From: Paecilomyces variotii | Lineage: Eukaryota | Assembly: GCA_004022145.1 (NCBI GenBank) | Contig: RCNU01000001.1 | Strand: one strand, 5' to 3' | DNA length: 64,000 nucleotides | Shown: positions 1 to 12,505 of the stretch, in pieces | Numbering within the stretch: position 1 is the stretch's first letter | Layout of the letters: each line of letters begins with the position of its first letter | Notes under the pieces: generated by a model | The model's database searches: none | Seen by the model: the letters and a program-made list of their open reading frames with translations, nothing else | What the model was told of the DNA's origin: nothing | Made by a program: the position numbers and the translations under genes

Positions 1-935
1 GGTTGGAGTTCAAGATGCTTCACGAAGAGCTGTGGGTTTTCTCGCTTACTCGGAGATCGGTGGTGAGAGTGCGGAAACCCTAAGCCCTCAATTCCACTTT
101 AGGCGATGCTGGCCGTAGCGCCAAGCCTTTATGCAAGTTAGCGCCCGCCTTCTCTCCACAGCCAATCGGAAGCGACAGACCGATCTGTCCTACTTTCAGG
201 CGTTCAAGTAACCGCTGAGCCCCAGAGCAATCACATTGTCATTGTTCAGTTTCATGACCGGACAGCCTGGCCCAGGTGTGATGGATAATGCATTGCAGCT
301 CAGTTGTACCTCTCTCTCTTGTGGAGCTTCTGCTATTGTCTTCTGCAAGCAAGCCTATGCTCAGGCGTCATCACCATTGGACAGATCTCTAACGTGTATA
401 CAGCAGGAGTCATCTCACAAGATGTCGATCACTACGTGCTACTTTCTTTAGACAGTCGATGACACTAATAATCAAGCTATGCCGCCTGCAACTCTGCGGC
501 ACAGCAGTTTTATGCACCCTGGAAACTTGCTGTGGTATCCCAAATGTCACTTTCGAGGAGTCCACCAATACCAGCTCTCGAGCAAGCGCCGTGAATGTGC
601 CAGGCGACATGGGGCTTGTTTTGCTTTTCCTATCCCCATTCGTACCTTTTTTCTTGCAAACATGCAGCTATTCATTAGTTGACGCCGGCTACCTACTGGA
701 GAGATGCAGATCATTGTATCCGCATCATGTAGTAAAACCTGGACAACTGCCGTTTAAATGGCAACTCATATCCTGTAAGAAGGGCTATGGCCATTCTAAT
801 CTGACATAAACTGTTTCTCTCCCTGATTACCAGGGACTCTGCAACCGACTGCTCATCAAAACTGTTACTCGGTATTTGCAGTACTAAGGTATCTGTAGCG
901 GACCTCGCGGAAATAACGAACGCCCCGAGGCTGGA

Positions 936-3900
936 ATGGACATCGAGGAGAGGCCTTCTCAAACTATACGTGAACGAAATACGCCCCGTGAGTCGTCCGT
1001 TTTGAGTCAATACTTAGAGGGGCGCTGGCTAAGTTTTGACCAGGGGCAACATGGAAACCACTCTCTTTGCACCCTGCCCTAGTGTCGTTGATGATCGCTT
1101 TCACTTTGTTCATCATCGTAATATTGATTATGCTGCAACTGAAGAGTAACAATGACGGGGGCATACTTTTCTCGAATGATGTCACTAATTTCCCTGTCGG
1201 ACTCAACTTTCTCTATCTATACCTCCCAACGATCATCGCCGTGATATATACCACACTCTGGAACTGGGTTGACCTCAATGCAAAAACACTGGAACCGTGG
1301 TATCAGCTGTCAAAAGAATCGGGATCTTTAGGCAAGAACTCTATCATGCTCCAATACCCGGCGGAATTCCTTGCGTCAGTACCTATTGGGTCAATGAGAC
1401 GGAGGTATGTTCATAAGATCGCAGCTTTCACTCCTTAACTAATCTAACTTCTCCGCAGACATTGGGTGGTTTTCTGCACATCCACTATTTTGGTTGTTCT
1501 TTTCTGGGCGGTTACACCTGTTCAAAGTGGCATTTTTGCTGTCAAGTCTGTCCGAAAGTCACAAATTCAGCCAGTCATGGCTTCGCCAGGGTTGCTTTCT
1601 CCCGAAGAACAATCACGCGCATTGACAATGAATTTCATAAACCAGGGCTATAGCGTGGCATGGTATGGCGAAAAACTCCCTGCTTTTACCACTAGGACGT
1701 ATGCTCTCCTCCCGTTTCTCCCTGCTGGCGATGACTTATCCGGGTCAAATCAGACATGGACAGGGAATACTATCTTATACGACACATACCTCGATTGTCG
1801 GCCTCCTGTCTCTGTCACAGATGACGAGGATTGGTTGACCTTTGATGATGGGCAAGGCTGCATTGCTCGGGAGATTATCTTGTCTGCCGAAGATTATGGC
1901 AGGCAGAATATAAGTGCTTATTATATAGGTTACGATGGAGATGGTGGAACCGGCGGTGGTGTTTCATTGAGAGGGGCCGGCTGCAATTCCAGCTCGCTGC
2001 ATACTTTCCTCGCCGTGTGGAGTCGAACTTCAACGACACCAAATTTCCGAAATTCATCATCATTCACAGCTTTGTTCTGTTCGACAAAATATTACCACCA
2101 GAGCGTAGAGGCGACAGTGCGCCTTTCGGATCATTCCGTTCAAAGCTTCCGTTCGCTCGCAGGAAAGGAGGAACTCTCGGAAGATACGTTCAACTATACC
2201 TACTTTGAACAGCTTATTGTTACGCAGAACCTCCCCCAGAAGCCAGCGACGAGCATAATAGCACAGGAGGCCATAACTGATAGGCAGGAATTATCGGACG
2301 AAACAGCATTCCAGCACCAGACTCTCCTGGACGACAGCGATATTCTTGGGTCATCTGTCATGATTCCGTTTGCATTAGGAATGACAAACTCATCTACTGA
2401 GGAACTGTTGCAGCCCTCAATCCTCCACCATGCATTTGAAGCTGCTCATCAATTGCTCTTTGCTTTGGCAATACAGTCCGTCATGCGGGATCCGTCGAAC
2501 GCCCTCGGAAATATCTCAGGCATTGTGGAATCATCGTTTGGAGCAGTGGTTATGGTTCCACTTTTCACATACCTAGCTATTGGGTTCCTCTCGGTGGTTG
2601 TAATATTATCCCTATGGATGCTCTATGGCAACAGGAATCGTGCTCTGAACCTCCAGGCTGGACCAGATTCTATTGCCTCTGTTATTTCAGTCACTCACCA
2701 GCAAGAGGCACTGAAATACTTCCGTGATTCCGATACAGACAAAATCGAGAAATTGACGAGGCCTGAAGATATTACCTTCAAATTGAAGATGAAAGGACAG
2801 GGGAGTCAACTCATGGTAGCGACATTGGCAGAGGTGGACGAGGATTGTCCTCTCAATTCCAGAAACACAAACAATACTCAGCCCTGGCCGTGGGAGCTGA
2901 GGCCGCTAGGCTGCTGTTTTCTCATATCTGTTCTAACAGCGAGCATAGTTGCAATTATAGTTATAAATGTACTGATTGAGAGACAGAACGGTGAGCATAG
3001 CCTACGTACAGTTCCTGAACACCTTGGCTAATTTTATTCGTTAGGTCTTCCGATGCCTTCTCAAAGCGCTATTGTTCAGCAGATCGTGCTCAATCTTCTC
3101 CCTACGGCCCTGGGCACCATATTGGAACCATTTTGGACCGTTTTGAACAGGCTATTGTGCATTTTACAGCCATTCTTTGAACTGTCAAAGGGCACAGCAA
3201 TGGCTTCGAAGTCTCTTTTGCTTGAATATACCTCGGTTCCTCCGCAGCTAGTTTTCCTCCGGGCTCTCAGAGCAAAGCATTGGCTGCTGGCTACAGTCTG
3301 CGCCGTTACAGTTTCTGCGACTGTCCTAACTGTCGGTCTCAGTGGCCTTCTTGAAACGAGAATTGTGAACCAGCAGATTCCGATCCGATATAATTCCTTA
3401 TTCTCTCCAAAGATAGAACCGCCAGATTCGACGTCAGGACCTACAGGCCAATATGGCCAGCCATTACAGATCGTGCTCACAAACTTTTCAGCCGATATAT
3501 CCCTGCCACCGTGGACCACACCTAAATATTATTTCATACCGTACACGATTCCTGAAGACGGAAACCATCAAGATACGTCTTATACTCTTACAACAATGGG
3601 AATAGGCTCAGAGCTAGACTGCCAGGAGCTGAAAGAATCGGGCTCAGATTTATTGTATCGATTTACGCTTAATGATTTCGCTACAGAAGCCAATTTCACC
3701 GTCACCGAAAGGTTACCAAACGGAAGTACTGTCCGCTGCTTTTCACCAAACGGCGAAATAGGCGACAATGCTACAGCCCCCGCTGAAACGACACAAGTTT
3801 ATCTTCTGGGTTCACCAGAAGGCAAAAAGGGGCTCGAACTTTTCATGCAGCCCATTCCCAGCTATGTTTCAGGCACAGAGGAGGAAAATTACGCCTGTCC

Positions 3901-4813
3901 GCGAATGTTTGTGGCTGGTTGGGTGAAGTCTGCTATATCACTCGGGTCAAAGAGTTCTCAGACCATATATGGCCCAGCGAGAGAAATGACGAGTTTGTCG
4001 GTCAGTTCAACATTCATGATGTGCAAGCCTCGGTTCCAAGCCGCAAATTTCAGCGTTACCGTCGACCACGAAGGCTATGTCCTCGACTACACAAGAATCA
4101 GCCCGCTTACTCAGGATGTAGACCAGCTTCTAGCTTGGAGTATCTGGAACGCCACGGCATTTTTGGTAGGAGCAATGCCTAACCCTCCCACATGGCATAA
4201 TGATACGGTGGCCAATGACTGGTTCAATCTCCTTTTAAAAAGCTATTACAATTCGACAACGATCCTCGATCCTCGATACCCGCTGCCAGACTTCCCGACC
4301 ATGGCCAATCTAGTGAGCAGCGTCTACCAGGAGCTTTTCGCTGTGACCTTACAATCCAATCAAAAATGGCTCGAGACGTCAACCACGGCATCAGTAACCG
4401 GGGCAAAAATAGCACCAGCATCGAGGATCTTCTTTTCTAGTACGATGTTCAAGATTGTCCTGGTGATCTTGTTAGTGGACCTGGCCGTGGCTATTTGTGT
4501 ATACGCGCGACTGCCAAAACCCTTCCTCCCAACGATGCCAACGAGTGTCGCAGCCATACTCTCCTTCGTATCAGACAGCCACTTGCTGCAAGATTTCGGC
4601 AAAGTCGAGACAAACGGGGATCGCATTGACAAATACCTCGAGGAAAGAGGTCCAGTTTTCGGCTTCGGGAAGTATATTGGCACGGATAGGGAAATCCATG
4701 TGGGAATTGACAGTCAACCCTACCTTGTCCCACGCCATATTCGTCAATCCAGGCTGCGAAGACTGACATCGCATTTCGAAAAGCAAACCAGCAAGGGCTC
4801 TGACCTCATCTGA
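936..4813 (+). CDS. DUF3433-family multi-pass membrane protein (4 exons: 936-987, 1044-1404, 1459-2990, 3045-4813)
   Basis: Three ORFs join in frame through GT..AG introns (988-1043, 1405-1458, 2991-3044). Two internal copies of the 'YLPTIIAVIY..W...D...K.LEPWYQL...S..L.Y' / 'LPTALG...EPFW..LNR....LQPF.EL...SL.L.Y' module typical of DUF3433; several hydrophobic segments. Confidence 0.8.
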
Positions 4814-5240
4814 CCAGAGATCGGCCTGGCGCATTAATTCAAAGTTTGACTGCTATTAGATTTCTACACATACTCGTCGTTTGACCTATGGATAGCCATA
4901 AGCCATAGTCATAGGTCATTCGTTGTTAGCTTGTTGAAATAGACTCGGCATCCTACAGATTACCCGAGAGGAAGTTGTCTACTGCTGAAAATTTTAAGCG
5001 TGGAAAAACAGCTTTTGATTTCAATGCGTATTCAGATGACCATCGAGCCAAGTATCTAACAAGAAGCTTTCACACTTCTGAAATGTCAAGAAAAAGAAGA
5101 AAACGGTTACTCAAATGTACAGGAGAAGAGAAAAAGAAAGTGGTCCCGTCAGTCTTTTACGACGCAGGATGAAGAAGACCCAGCTGGGAATGGGGAAAAG
5201 AAAAGGTCATAGCATCCGAACCGGCAGATACCGAAACCTT

Positions 5241-6452
5241 TTAAATGTGGCTCGCACGGTTGATATGTCTCCTGGCGTGCAGGTGGCCAGCAGGGACTCT
5301 TGGGGACCTCTTGACAGCGGCGACCTTCAGGGAATCGGACTTGCCAGCGGTGCAAGTCGTGCCGGACGCCATGTCGATGGGGCTGGACCAGTTGCCGCTA
5401 GCACAGCGCTGGAAAGAGCTGCCATTGATGCAGTTCCAGGTTCCCTCAGGGGAGCAAGATCCGGACAAGGCGCCGCTGCTGGAGCTAGAGCTGCTGGATG
5501 GACTGGCGGCAACAACCGACACAGTCGCGGTCTGAGACGCAATGGGCGAGGCGCCAGATGCGAAGATTCCCGGAGCGCCAGTCGGGGTGGATTCAGGAGC
5601 TGAGGTAACAGACGACTCGGAAGCAGCACTGGTAGCCGAAGACGCAGCAAGAGAGGAGGTTGCAGGAGAAGCGGTAGGAGAGACGGTACTGGGAGAAGAG
5701 CCCGAAGAGCCAGATGGACCAGGGCCGGGACCACCAGTGCAGGCGGCCTGACCCACGGCTTGAAGGTTACTTGGCTCGCCAGCATAAACAACAGAATCGC
5801 CGGGGTCAGGGAAGCGGATGTCGACGTTCTCTGGGGTCGTGCAGCCATTGATATTGGCCACGAACATAGGCGGGAAGCTGTCACGTTTGGAGAGCGCTTT
5901 GGAGCTAGACTCGTCACGCTTCTGGCTACCTCCGGTCACAGTGATAGGAGCACAGTTCATGTACATCTCGCGGTTGCCAACTCTGTTGAACCATGTCCAT
6001 GCCAGGGCATACTTGCCTGCAGCAATGCCGTCTGGGATACTGAACTGGAAAGTGTTGGGAACAGGAGTAGTTGCGCCGCCATCATCAAGGTTTCCGGCAG
6101 TGTTGATAGGGCATCCACCCTCAATCGAATGGATAACCATCCATTTCGAGTCCTTGGTCGGTTCCAGGTCTGTTGACAAGCTAATCTGACAAGATCCACC
6201 ACCGTGAGTGGCAATGCCCTCGAATGCAAGAGTATGATTTTGTCCAATCTCGAATGTGTTGAGTTTTAGGAGAGCCTCTTGATTAGCCCACATGTCAGAC
6301 CGAATCTTGCAGGGAAAGTCACTGCCGCTTGCATCGAGAGGAGAGTTGTTGAGAGTGGTGTTGGCATATGGGATGGGGCTGGTCATGATAATATGAGCAT
6401 CCGCAATGGCCGAGAAAAGGGCTGCAGCCGCAAAGATCGCCTTGGAAAACAT
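5241..6452 (-). CDS. Secreted AA11-type lytic polysaccharide monooxygenase (chitin-active type) with Ser/Thr linker and C-terminal Cys-rich module
   Basis: Signal peptide MFSKAIFAAAALFSAIADA followed by His1 (HIIMTSPIPY). Motifs SPL..SGSDFPCK, HGGGSCQISL and WTWFNRVGNREMYMNCA are typical of AA11. C-terminal CSPEGTWNC...FQRCASGNW...GTTC module. Intronless. Confidence 0.88.
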   Translation of the reverse strand: MFSKAIFAAAALFSAIADAHIIMTSPIPYANTTLNNSPLDASGSDFPCKIRSDMWANQEALLKLNTFEIGQNHTLAFEGIATHGGGSCQISLSTDLEPTKDSKWMVIHSIEGGCPINTAGNLDDGGATTPVPNTFQFSIPDGIAAGKYALAWTWFNRVGNREMYMNCAPITVTGGSQKRDESSSKALSKRDSFPPMFVANINGCTTPENVDIRFPDPGDSVVYAGEPSNLQAVGQAACTGGPGPGPSGSSGSSPSTVSPTASPATSSLAASSATSAASESSVTSAPESTPTGAPGIFASGASPIASQTATVSVVAASPSSSSSSSSGALSGSCSPEGTWNCINGSSFQRCASGNWSSPIDMASGTTCTAGKSDSLKVAAVKRSPRVPAGHLHARRHINRASHI

Positions 6453-7457
6453 TGTGTCGTGAACTGGTCTTGTTTCGACTTTTTTCAACTTTCAAATCAA
6501 TCTGATGCGTACCGGACGAATCAGATAGGTCGTAATGACTGAAAAGGTTTGATTGAACCAGCAAAGAGAGGGATCTTCAGAGAATGTCAGTAAGGACCGC
6601 CCAGCAGTCAACAGAAACAAACAGCAATGATATGATAGAAAGAAGAAGTTGACATTGCATGCCAGATTTTGGATACAGCTCATGAGAATATATCCAATAA
6701 GTCCATGGGCCGCAGATAATTGGACAATAAGACAGCGACAATGGATGCTCAATAAAGAAGAGGTGAAGGAGACAATACCTTTGTGTGTTAACGGTGGAGC
6801 TGGACAGATCCTGCCTTACGATTGGTTCTGAAAAGGAATGATGTGCAGAAGGATGTCTGCTTCAGTTTGGACGGTGCAATGAACGTTGATAGTCTGCCAC
6901 AGGCAAGACGAATGAAGATAGAGAAAGGAAACAGGAACTGGCCTGCAATGAAAAAAGTCGAACAAGAGAGATCTACCCTTCGAGCCGTGAGGATGTGAGG
7001 AAGAGAAGATCAGTCTGGGCAGGACAAGAAGGTGTTTATATCGGCCTTGGTGGAGGTGCCCGCCTGGCACACCGCAGTGGACAGTGGACAGTGGACACTG
7101 ACCAGACGGGGCTTACCACAGCACATCCCACACACATGGACACTCTGATCACTCACATTTTACGCCTATAGGCCTACCAGAATGGACATTAGTGAAAAGA
7201 ACCGAAAAAGCACACGTATTAACGGATTTTGCCGCCTGCTGTTGCAGTGCTTGCGGAGAAGGTTACAGCCAGTGAGGATCCCCGGGTCTCCTGTGGACCA
7301 TGACGGTTGAAGCAGATGAAGCTGATTATTTCGCCTGCAAGAAGGGAACGGTGTCCGTGCCTTGCAGCATAGATACTGCCGTGGCAAGCCATACGGGTAC
7401 CTCATGATGTCCTGAGTGGGCAGCTGTTGAGCCACCAGGGGGCATTTGTGCCTGGTA

Positions 7458-8047
7458 TCCGTGACTAGCTCACCCACGCCCTTCCGGTCGTGGGTGAGCC
7501 CTCCCATATCTTCAATTCCTACCATACCTTCCAAAAATTTTTTAGGTACCTTTTATATGGGAACACCATACAAAAGGTACATAAGGCCAAAAATACGATA
7601 TATCCAATTATCTCAACATTTTAGTAGAGAACACCTTTATTTTAATTAATAATACTAAAATAATATGATATAATAACCTACAGCTTTAATTTGAAATTAA
7701 AATCTTAATTATTAAAGTAAGCGTTTGCTTTTTTATTTTCCCCATACAAAAAATTTTTAGTGAGAAATCTTTAAATACCAATATATCTCTCATTTTTAAT
7801 GAGAGCTTTTAAAAAATTTCAATATAAATTATTTAATAATAATATTTTAATATTATCAGTTAAAATAAAGGTGTCCTCTAATAAAATGTTGAGATAATTG
7901 GAAATATTGTATTTTTGGCCTTATGTACCTTTTGTATGGTGTTCCCATATAAAAGGTACCTAAAAAATTTTTGGAAGGTATGGTAGGAATTGAAGATATG
8001 GGAGGGCTCACCCACGACCGGAAGGGCGTGGGTGAGCTAGTCACGGA
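7458..8047. mobile_element. Non-autonomous DNA transposon (MITE), Tc1/mariner-pogo type, 590 bp, TA target-site duplication
   Basis: TCCGTGACTAGCTCACCCACGCCC... at 7458 is the reverse complement of ...GGGCGTGGGTGAGCTAGTCACGGA ending at 8047. Inverted arms ~200 bp; TA at 7456-7457 and 8048-8049; very AT-rich core with no transposase. Confidence 0.88.
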
Positions 8048-10674
8048 TACCTGCACACACAGAACCGATGGATTGGCCAGGAGGAATACGGAGTAGAGTC
8101 AAAACCTTCGAGCAGCCATACGGGATGCCCAGGCCCGGTTGTGCGGACAGACTGATCTGCAACGTGCTGATCCAGAAAAGCGCGGTGGAGAGATCACACC
8201 GAGTCGACGGACACATAACATTCTCTTCTGAAGCTGTTTCTCGACTGCCGGGTGCCCTGAACACCAACCCTTAGTGGAAAGGGATGGACGTCATAGTTTG
8301 CCTCCGGTGCTTTAATTTACGAGGCGCAGCCGGTCTTTTTTTCGCGAAGAATCTGATTTCAATATGGCACAGCCTCTGCAAATCTCCGCAGAGTAGACAA
8401 TTGACCACCGCATCGGACGTGGGATATGTTGTTTAGCGTCGACGTCTCGCTGGCCAATAATGGGCGATAACTAAGATGTAGAAGAGCCAGGGTTTGTCTT
8501 TCGGGTCGATTTCCTTGGGTCGAAGGACAACGGACGCCACTGGGGAGCCGGGGATGTAGCCCCGGGGTGATGTTCAAACTTCAGCTTCTCTTTTGCCGAA
8601 CTAAGACGCGGCTAAACAAGAAAGCCCCTCGGTCGCGGCAATGGTGCGACAAGAGCCAAAACCCCTGGCTTCCAAAGAAGCCTTACAGATTTCCAGCGAA
8701 ATGTCTCTCATGAAATGCCCGCACAATTATCTGCCAGCGTCGAGGATTCAAGACGCGAGTATCCCAGCGACATCGATTCTGCCTCGCGTTAATTGTACCA
8801 TGAAAATGTCTATGTCTCGAAGACAATGAGTTTTTGTTCAGGGATCGAGTGTCCTGGCTCTCTACTAAGCGATCCTCGCACGTTGTTTCAGTGCTTATCC
8901 ACAAGACGGTAGCCAAAAGACACCCCGTCGGTCATAGATTAGGTTAGGTTGTTTCAGATGTCTGATCTGTTCTTCCTGGCGATCTTTCCTATGACACATG
9001 GCCTTCGTTTTCCGATGGAACGTATCCCATGCCACTTGACGTGGGCGTGGCGGCGTGGCCAGTCCTATGGCGAATATCCACAATAAGCTCAAAATTTCTT
9101 TTTTATGTGGCTATCTTGGGCGGCTTCTGTGCTTCTGTGATCCAGTCGACTCTTACATCGCTACGGACTGGCTGCTGACCAACTCACCAATTGGTAGAGC
9201 ATCACAGCCTAACTCGGCGAGGGGACGTATTATAGCCGAGAGAAAGGCCTCATACACGAACTGACGATGTCAAGAAAGCTTAGGTTTAAGACACTTCCAC
9301 AAGCTGACTTTCCCACCTTACATCCCCATGCCGATCAATAATGTTTCGAAACAGTCACTTAAAAGTTAGCATAGAGACGGAAGCTTTGAGGCTTTGGGCA
9401 TTCCGTTTCATTGCTTTTCCCACCGCTGATGGTGACCAACCACCTACAAATATGGGATAGGACCTCGAACATTGGTAGACTATCTATGGTTTACTTCGAG
9501 TGATTGGGGCCACAGCGGAAAAAACCGAACCGCGTGAGAATGTGTTCGGGGCACGAGATCGGGCTCCATCGTAGGGCTCATTCTCCAGTAGCTGGACAAG
9601 ACGAACCGCTTAGGCGTTCCATCACAATCCACGAAGTAATAAATATACTCTCTCATCCAACAGCCCCTTCCGAGTATGCGATACTCAAACCGGACGTGCG
9701 TATCGTAACCTCATGAGCCATCGACTCGAACGGAGTACGAATTAACTATATTGCACCAAGGATAAAAGACATATCCCTGCCCACGGAAAAAAGAAGAACA
9801 ACCTTATTATTAAAGATCCCTGCTCTCTTCCTTTCCTTTTCGAGAACGCATGAAACGTCGGAGATTACTATAACCCTGTCTCTGCGTATGCCATATGGTA
9901 GTTAACCCTTGGCACTTGGCATCGCGCAGGCTGTAACAAGACTCTTGTCCATGCGTTGTCTATCCTATCCTAATCATTAATATTAAATATTATGCGAGCT
10001 TCCTGTAGTAATAATAATATTTCCTAGGCTGTCGGAGACTGGATTTTGGTTACATCGGGAATCCTTCTGAGAAAATGTAATTTTTTTTTAGATGTACGGA
10101 GGTCTCTTCAAGGCCATAGAGGCTTTTGTATGCTGTTGGTTCTCTTAATTATTATATTCCTCAGGAGATTCCTGTATTTGAGGAGTTTACCATGTGCGGT
10201 CGGGCGGCCTCGGACGATGGAGACTGTAAAGGTGCGAGTATCGCTCCATGCGTGTCAAGGTATAATCATCAGCACACATCTACGCTGTATTGGACCCCTC
10301 CAGCCGTTATTTCCAGGGCTGTGCCAGGGCAAATATGCTTAGACAACTGCAGCAGACACCTGCGGTAAACAGTGTCCAGCAGCTCTCATGCTGGTGGTGT
10401 TGGTGATGCGTCAAGCATGCCTTCTGTCTCGGGGACATGAGCACCATAAAGCTCAGTGAGAGGCTTTGGTCATGTACCCCCACGGCCACGCCTGCGGATT
10501 TTGACATGATAATGTAATATGTCAATTGCATGCCCGTGAAGCCTTTCGGCCTGCAAGCTGCTGATGGCGTTGGTCATCCAGGCGTTCTTCCATACCAAGA
10601 TGTAGACGTCTAGGAGCGCTTAGCTGTATGCTGCGGTTATATCAGATAACCTTATAACAGCATGGACAGAGAGA

Positions 10675-11703
10675 TCATTTCTTCCCTTTCTTCTTCCCCT
10701 TCTCATTCGCACCCGATCCTTCTCCTTTCCCAAAGCCACCCTTGACCAAGGCATCTCTGCCAGCAGCGTTGATGATGCGAAATCTATCCGGACCCAGCTT
10801 GATGCCACCATACCACCTGGAAACGACAACCACTACATCCCAAACATCCATCAGTTGCATGAGATGCAGAAGACGTCCACCCGCAGCCGTCTCGCCGTCA
10901 TCATCGCAGTCCTGAATGATCGTCTCTCCCGTCGAGGACGAGTCACCCTTCCCGCCCGCAGGCGCTTTCTTCTGCCGAATCCGCCATGCACTGATATTAT
11001 GCGTTGCAGCCGCAACTTTCTTCTCCGTCGCCAGCAAATGATCCAGAAACGCTTGGGCTTGCTCCAGACTCGTTACGTGCGCGGCTCGTCCGACAAACAC
11101 CGATTTCTTCTCCGAGATGACATCCGACAGGATCCAGTCCGGGGGACTCTCAAGACCGAACGCTTCACGTAGAGATAATTTCGCAACATCGCCCGCGACG
11201 TAATCGACCTCATCATCCCCAGTTGCCGTCGTATCCTCGTCGGTGATCTTCTCAGCACCCCCGTGTCCATTCTGCTCCTCTCTATTCCCACCAATATTCA
11301 ACTCCTCGAACGCCTCCACTGCCTCATTGATCACATCAAACAGACACACCAGTCCCGGCTGATGTATCCTTCTCACAATATCCTCTAGAACATCCACTGC
11401 GATCTTGCCCTCGCCGCGCGAACTCGTCGATGCGGTTCCGATAACACGCGGCGCTGTCTCTGGATACTTGGCGTCGAAGCCAATAACGAAGGAGAGATGC
11501 GGATGGTTCGGGATCTGGAGGGTTACTGTCGTCGTTACTGCTGAGGAGGTATTCGCATCGGCAAGATCTAGTGTGGATGTGGATGTTGAGGTAGCTCTGC
11601 TATTGCTGGTGAGGGTAACGGTCGTAGGTTCGTAGATCGCATTGATCGCCTCGATCTCTTCAGCGAGGTCGCTGTTCTGTACCGAGTCGAGGGGTAAAGA
11701 CAT
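10675..11703 (-). CDS. yih1: IMPACT/Yih1 family protein (RWD + UPF0029 domain), Gcn2-pathway inhibitor
   Basis: N-terminal 'EEIEAINAIY' RWD start with YP..AP; C-terminal EKKSVFVG, ATHNISAWRI, DCDDDGETAAGGRLL and VVVVSRWYGGIKLGPDRF motifs. Intronless, 342 aa. Confidence 0.93.
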   Translation of the reverse strand: MSLPLDSVQNSDLAEEIEAINAIYEPTTVTLTSNSRATSTSTSTLDLADANTSSAVTTTVTLQIPNHPHLSFVIGFDAKYPETAPRVIGTASTSSRGEGKIAVDVLEDIVRRIHQPGLVCLFDVINEAVEAFEELNIGGNREEQNGHGGAEKITDEDTTATGDDEVDYVAGDVAKLSLREAFGLESPPDWILSDVISEKKSVFVGRAAHVTSLEQAQAFLDHLLATEKKVAAATHNISAWRIRQKKAPAGGKGDSSSTGETIIQDCDDDGETAAGGRLLHLMQLMDVWDVVVVVSRWYGGIKLGPDRFRIINAAGRDALVKGGFGKGEGSGANEKGKKKGKK

Positions 11704-12505
11704 GGTATTTTCGTAGTCGTGTTCTTCTTTTGCGATCGAGTAATATTCCCCGCTCCCTGGAAGGGCCAGTTGAGACCAGTTGAGATAGATTAGTTAATAC
11801 CCCGCGGAGGAGGGTGTTACAAGGATTTTCTTTCGTCGGTGCGGACGTCGGTGTGAGGTAGGTAAGCTATGTACGAACCATATATGGAGAGAAGAAAAGT
11901 CTATATTAGATACAAGAGAAGACAATGAGAAAGCAAGCAATTGCTATTATAGATGAAGTGAATGGGTGTGCGGAGTAAGTAATGATAAATGTGTCGGAGC
12001 TTGCCTACAAGCAGACTTCCTGTCGGGTTTCTCCCACGCCTTTTCAGCTCCACCCACAGAGATAAATAGGCTGGCTCAGCTAATTGCTAGAGAATTCAAG
12101 CTCAGCAAGCTTCGCTCCAGATAATGCTATCTGATTCTGCGCTTATGATCTGATCCGGTGTTGTCCGCCTTAATATATTATGTCGGTGTTCCCGCCGAGA
12201 AGCTTGATAGTGGCTGGATGACAATGAGAACAATATAACAGCGCTGAGATGCTGTGTTTCTAATGACAAGATACTAGTTTTATGTCATGGTCTTAGTAGA
12301 CAATAATACGATGCAATTACGCGTATGTCTCCGTGCTGACCCTAAGCACGGTAACGCAGGGAGATAATCTTATATGAGCTAGAAAATATATAGTTAAATT
12401 ACTTCAAAGCATTTGAACATTACGAAAGTCATTATAGAGCCACGCGCCATTGCCAAAGAACCTAGTGACCATAAATTCTCCGTTATGCTGTTCGTTACAC
12501 CCAAA

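Noticed and set aside
236..809. Several short ORFs upstream of the DUF3433 gene
   Set aside because: No motifs, and I could not build a consistent splice model.
7446..8056. Twin near-identical ORFs on opposite strands (7446-7649 + and 7856-8056 -)
   Set aside because: They are translations of the two MITE inverted repeats and have no protein features.
9180..9215. CAATTGGTAGAGCA, resembling a tRNA D-loop
   Set aside because: No D-stem, B box or cloverleaf pairing around it.
10480..10600. Minus-strand 'RKASRACN*', reminiscent of a Zn2Cys6 start
   Set aside because: Remaining cysteines are not at the expected spacing; too short to call a pseudogene.
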